This document shows positions 63,220 to 64,000 of a stretch of DNA of 64,000 bases, piece by piece. A program made the position numbers and the translations under genes. The DNA comes from an uncultured Dehalococcoidaceae bacterium. Its GTDB lineage: Bacteria > Chloroflexota > Dehalococcoidia > UBA2979. How positions within the stretch are numbered: position 1 is the first letter of the stretch; each line of letters opens with the position of its first letter. The stretch is from contig CAYZJO010000013.1 of the NCBI GenBank assembly GCA_964479165.1, positions 9,386 to 73,385 of the forward strand, read 5' to 3'. Under the pieces are notes generated by a model that worked only from the letters and a program-made list of their open reading frames with translations, was not told the DNA's origin and ran no database searches.

Positions 63220-63764
63220 TTGCTTGACCTTGGAGTTGAGACATTGTTCTTCGACAGTTGGTTTGGGCTGCTGCGCGTAGTGATCGTCGGTTCGCTCGCC
63301 TACCTGTTCCTCGTGATCGTCCTGCGAGGCACCGGTAAGCGGACCTTGTCGAAGCTCAACGCCTTCGATCTCATCGTAACGGTGGCTCTGGGCTCCACGC
63401 TCGCGACCGTTCTGCTCTCCGAGGATGTGGCCTTGGCAGAGGGGTTGGCCGCGTTCGGGCTGCTTGCCGGACTACAGTTCATCATCACGTGGGCGTCCGT
63501 CCGCTCGGGAACGGTGCGGCGTCTCGTGAAGTCGGAGCCGCGTCTGCTCGTCTCGCGCGGAGAGCCACTTGTAGGAGCAATGCGGGAGGAGCCGTGACGC
63601 GCGAGGAGATTCTCGCTGCGGTTCGAGGGAGCGGCCATCCCACCCTCAACGAGGTGCGCGCCGTCGTCCTCGAGACCGACGGTTCGCTCAGCGTCATCGC
63701 CTCCGCGGGCGGGGTCGAGAGTCTACCAGAGGTCCAGGACGACTCGCGCCAACAGACTCTCTAG
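63220..63764 (+). pseudogene. DUF421/YetF-family membrane protein with an apparent frameshift near 63580-63600.
   Basis: Frame 1: KRTLSKLNAFDLIVTVALGSTLATVLLSEDVALAEG...PLVGAMREEP-stop. Frame 2: VTREEILAAVRGSGHPTLNEVRAVVLETDGSLSVI. Together these match the DUF421 N-terminal TM region and C-terminal domain. Confidence 0.6.
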
Positions 63765-64000
63765 TCCTCGCTACGTCCCAATCGGTTCTCTACGTACCCC
63801 AGCGCCGAGATGATGCCGATCGTCAGAATGGTCGCGGCGACGGGAATGATGTACGAGCCCATCCCCACCAGTAGCCCAATACCTGCGGTCACCCATATAC
63901 CGGCCGCGCTGGTGAGGCCCTGGACCGTGCCTCCCTCCCGAAAGATCTGTCCTGCTCCCAGGAAGCCGATCCCCGTCACGACACCGGCAGCGACCCTCGT
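63761..64000 (-). CDS. MgtC/SapB-family membrane protein, partial. The N-terminus lies beyond the window end.
   Basis: ...GIGFLGAGQIFREGGTVQGLTSAAGIWVTAGIGLLVGMGSYII. The ORF runs off the window. Confidence 0.65.
   Translation of the reverse strand, partial: TRVAAGVVTGIGFLGAGQIFREGGTVQGLTSAAGIWVTAGIGLLVGMGSYIIPVAATILTIGIISALGYVENRLGRSED

Overview
The window is a high-GC (about 68-70%) bacterial chromosomal segment with Actinomycetota-like features: an MmpL transporter, Tat signals, GGAGG ribosome-binding sites and GTG starts. Its left 9 kb carries the most coherent unit: a minus-strand operon for a Tat-exported, NarG/NxrA-sized type II DMSO-reductase-family molybdoenzyme. The operon encodes an alpha subunit of 1159 aa, a four-cluster FeS beta, an EbdC-type haem-b gamma and a TorD/NarJ-like delta chaperone. 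A PAS-SARP/BTAD regulator, an FmdE-like zinc-ribbon protein and a CxxC redoxin are transcribed divergently from it. A 50-nt 3' fragment of tRNA-Gly(CCC) lies at about 10.0 kb. To its right the sequence looks like a decayed accessory region. It holds an IS481/IS3-like DDE transposase, two IS110-family transposases, two tail-to-tail IS6 copies and a VapBC toxin-antitoxin pair. A three-copy noncoding repeat family sits at 24.6, 32.5 and 33.2 kb, and one copy appears to carry the VapBC cassette as an insertion. Many genes read as frameshifted: DNA ligase, SRAP, proline iminopeptidase, one IS110 and one IS6 transposase, an ion channel and a DUF421 gene. The rest is ordinary but dense: an MmpL-Crp divergon, CorA, an amine-oxidase/DUF1365 pair, SRPBCC-SDR, an APC permease and an adenylate cyclase. 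A copper cluster contains a CorE-like ECF sigma with a Cys-rich tail, a CopB-type ATPase, SHOCT, a cupredoxin lipoprotein, a His-rich protein and DUF305. There are two two-component systems (NarL-type PAS-GAF and OmpR-type), a second ECF sigma, an orphan OppA-like binding protein, DUF2254 and a partial MgtC. No CRISPR array and no rRNA were seen. Many long GC-driven ORFs in the track are antisense artefacts.
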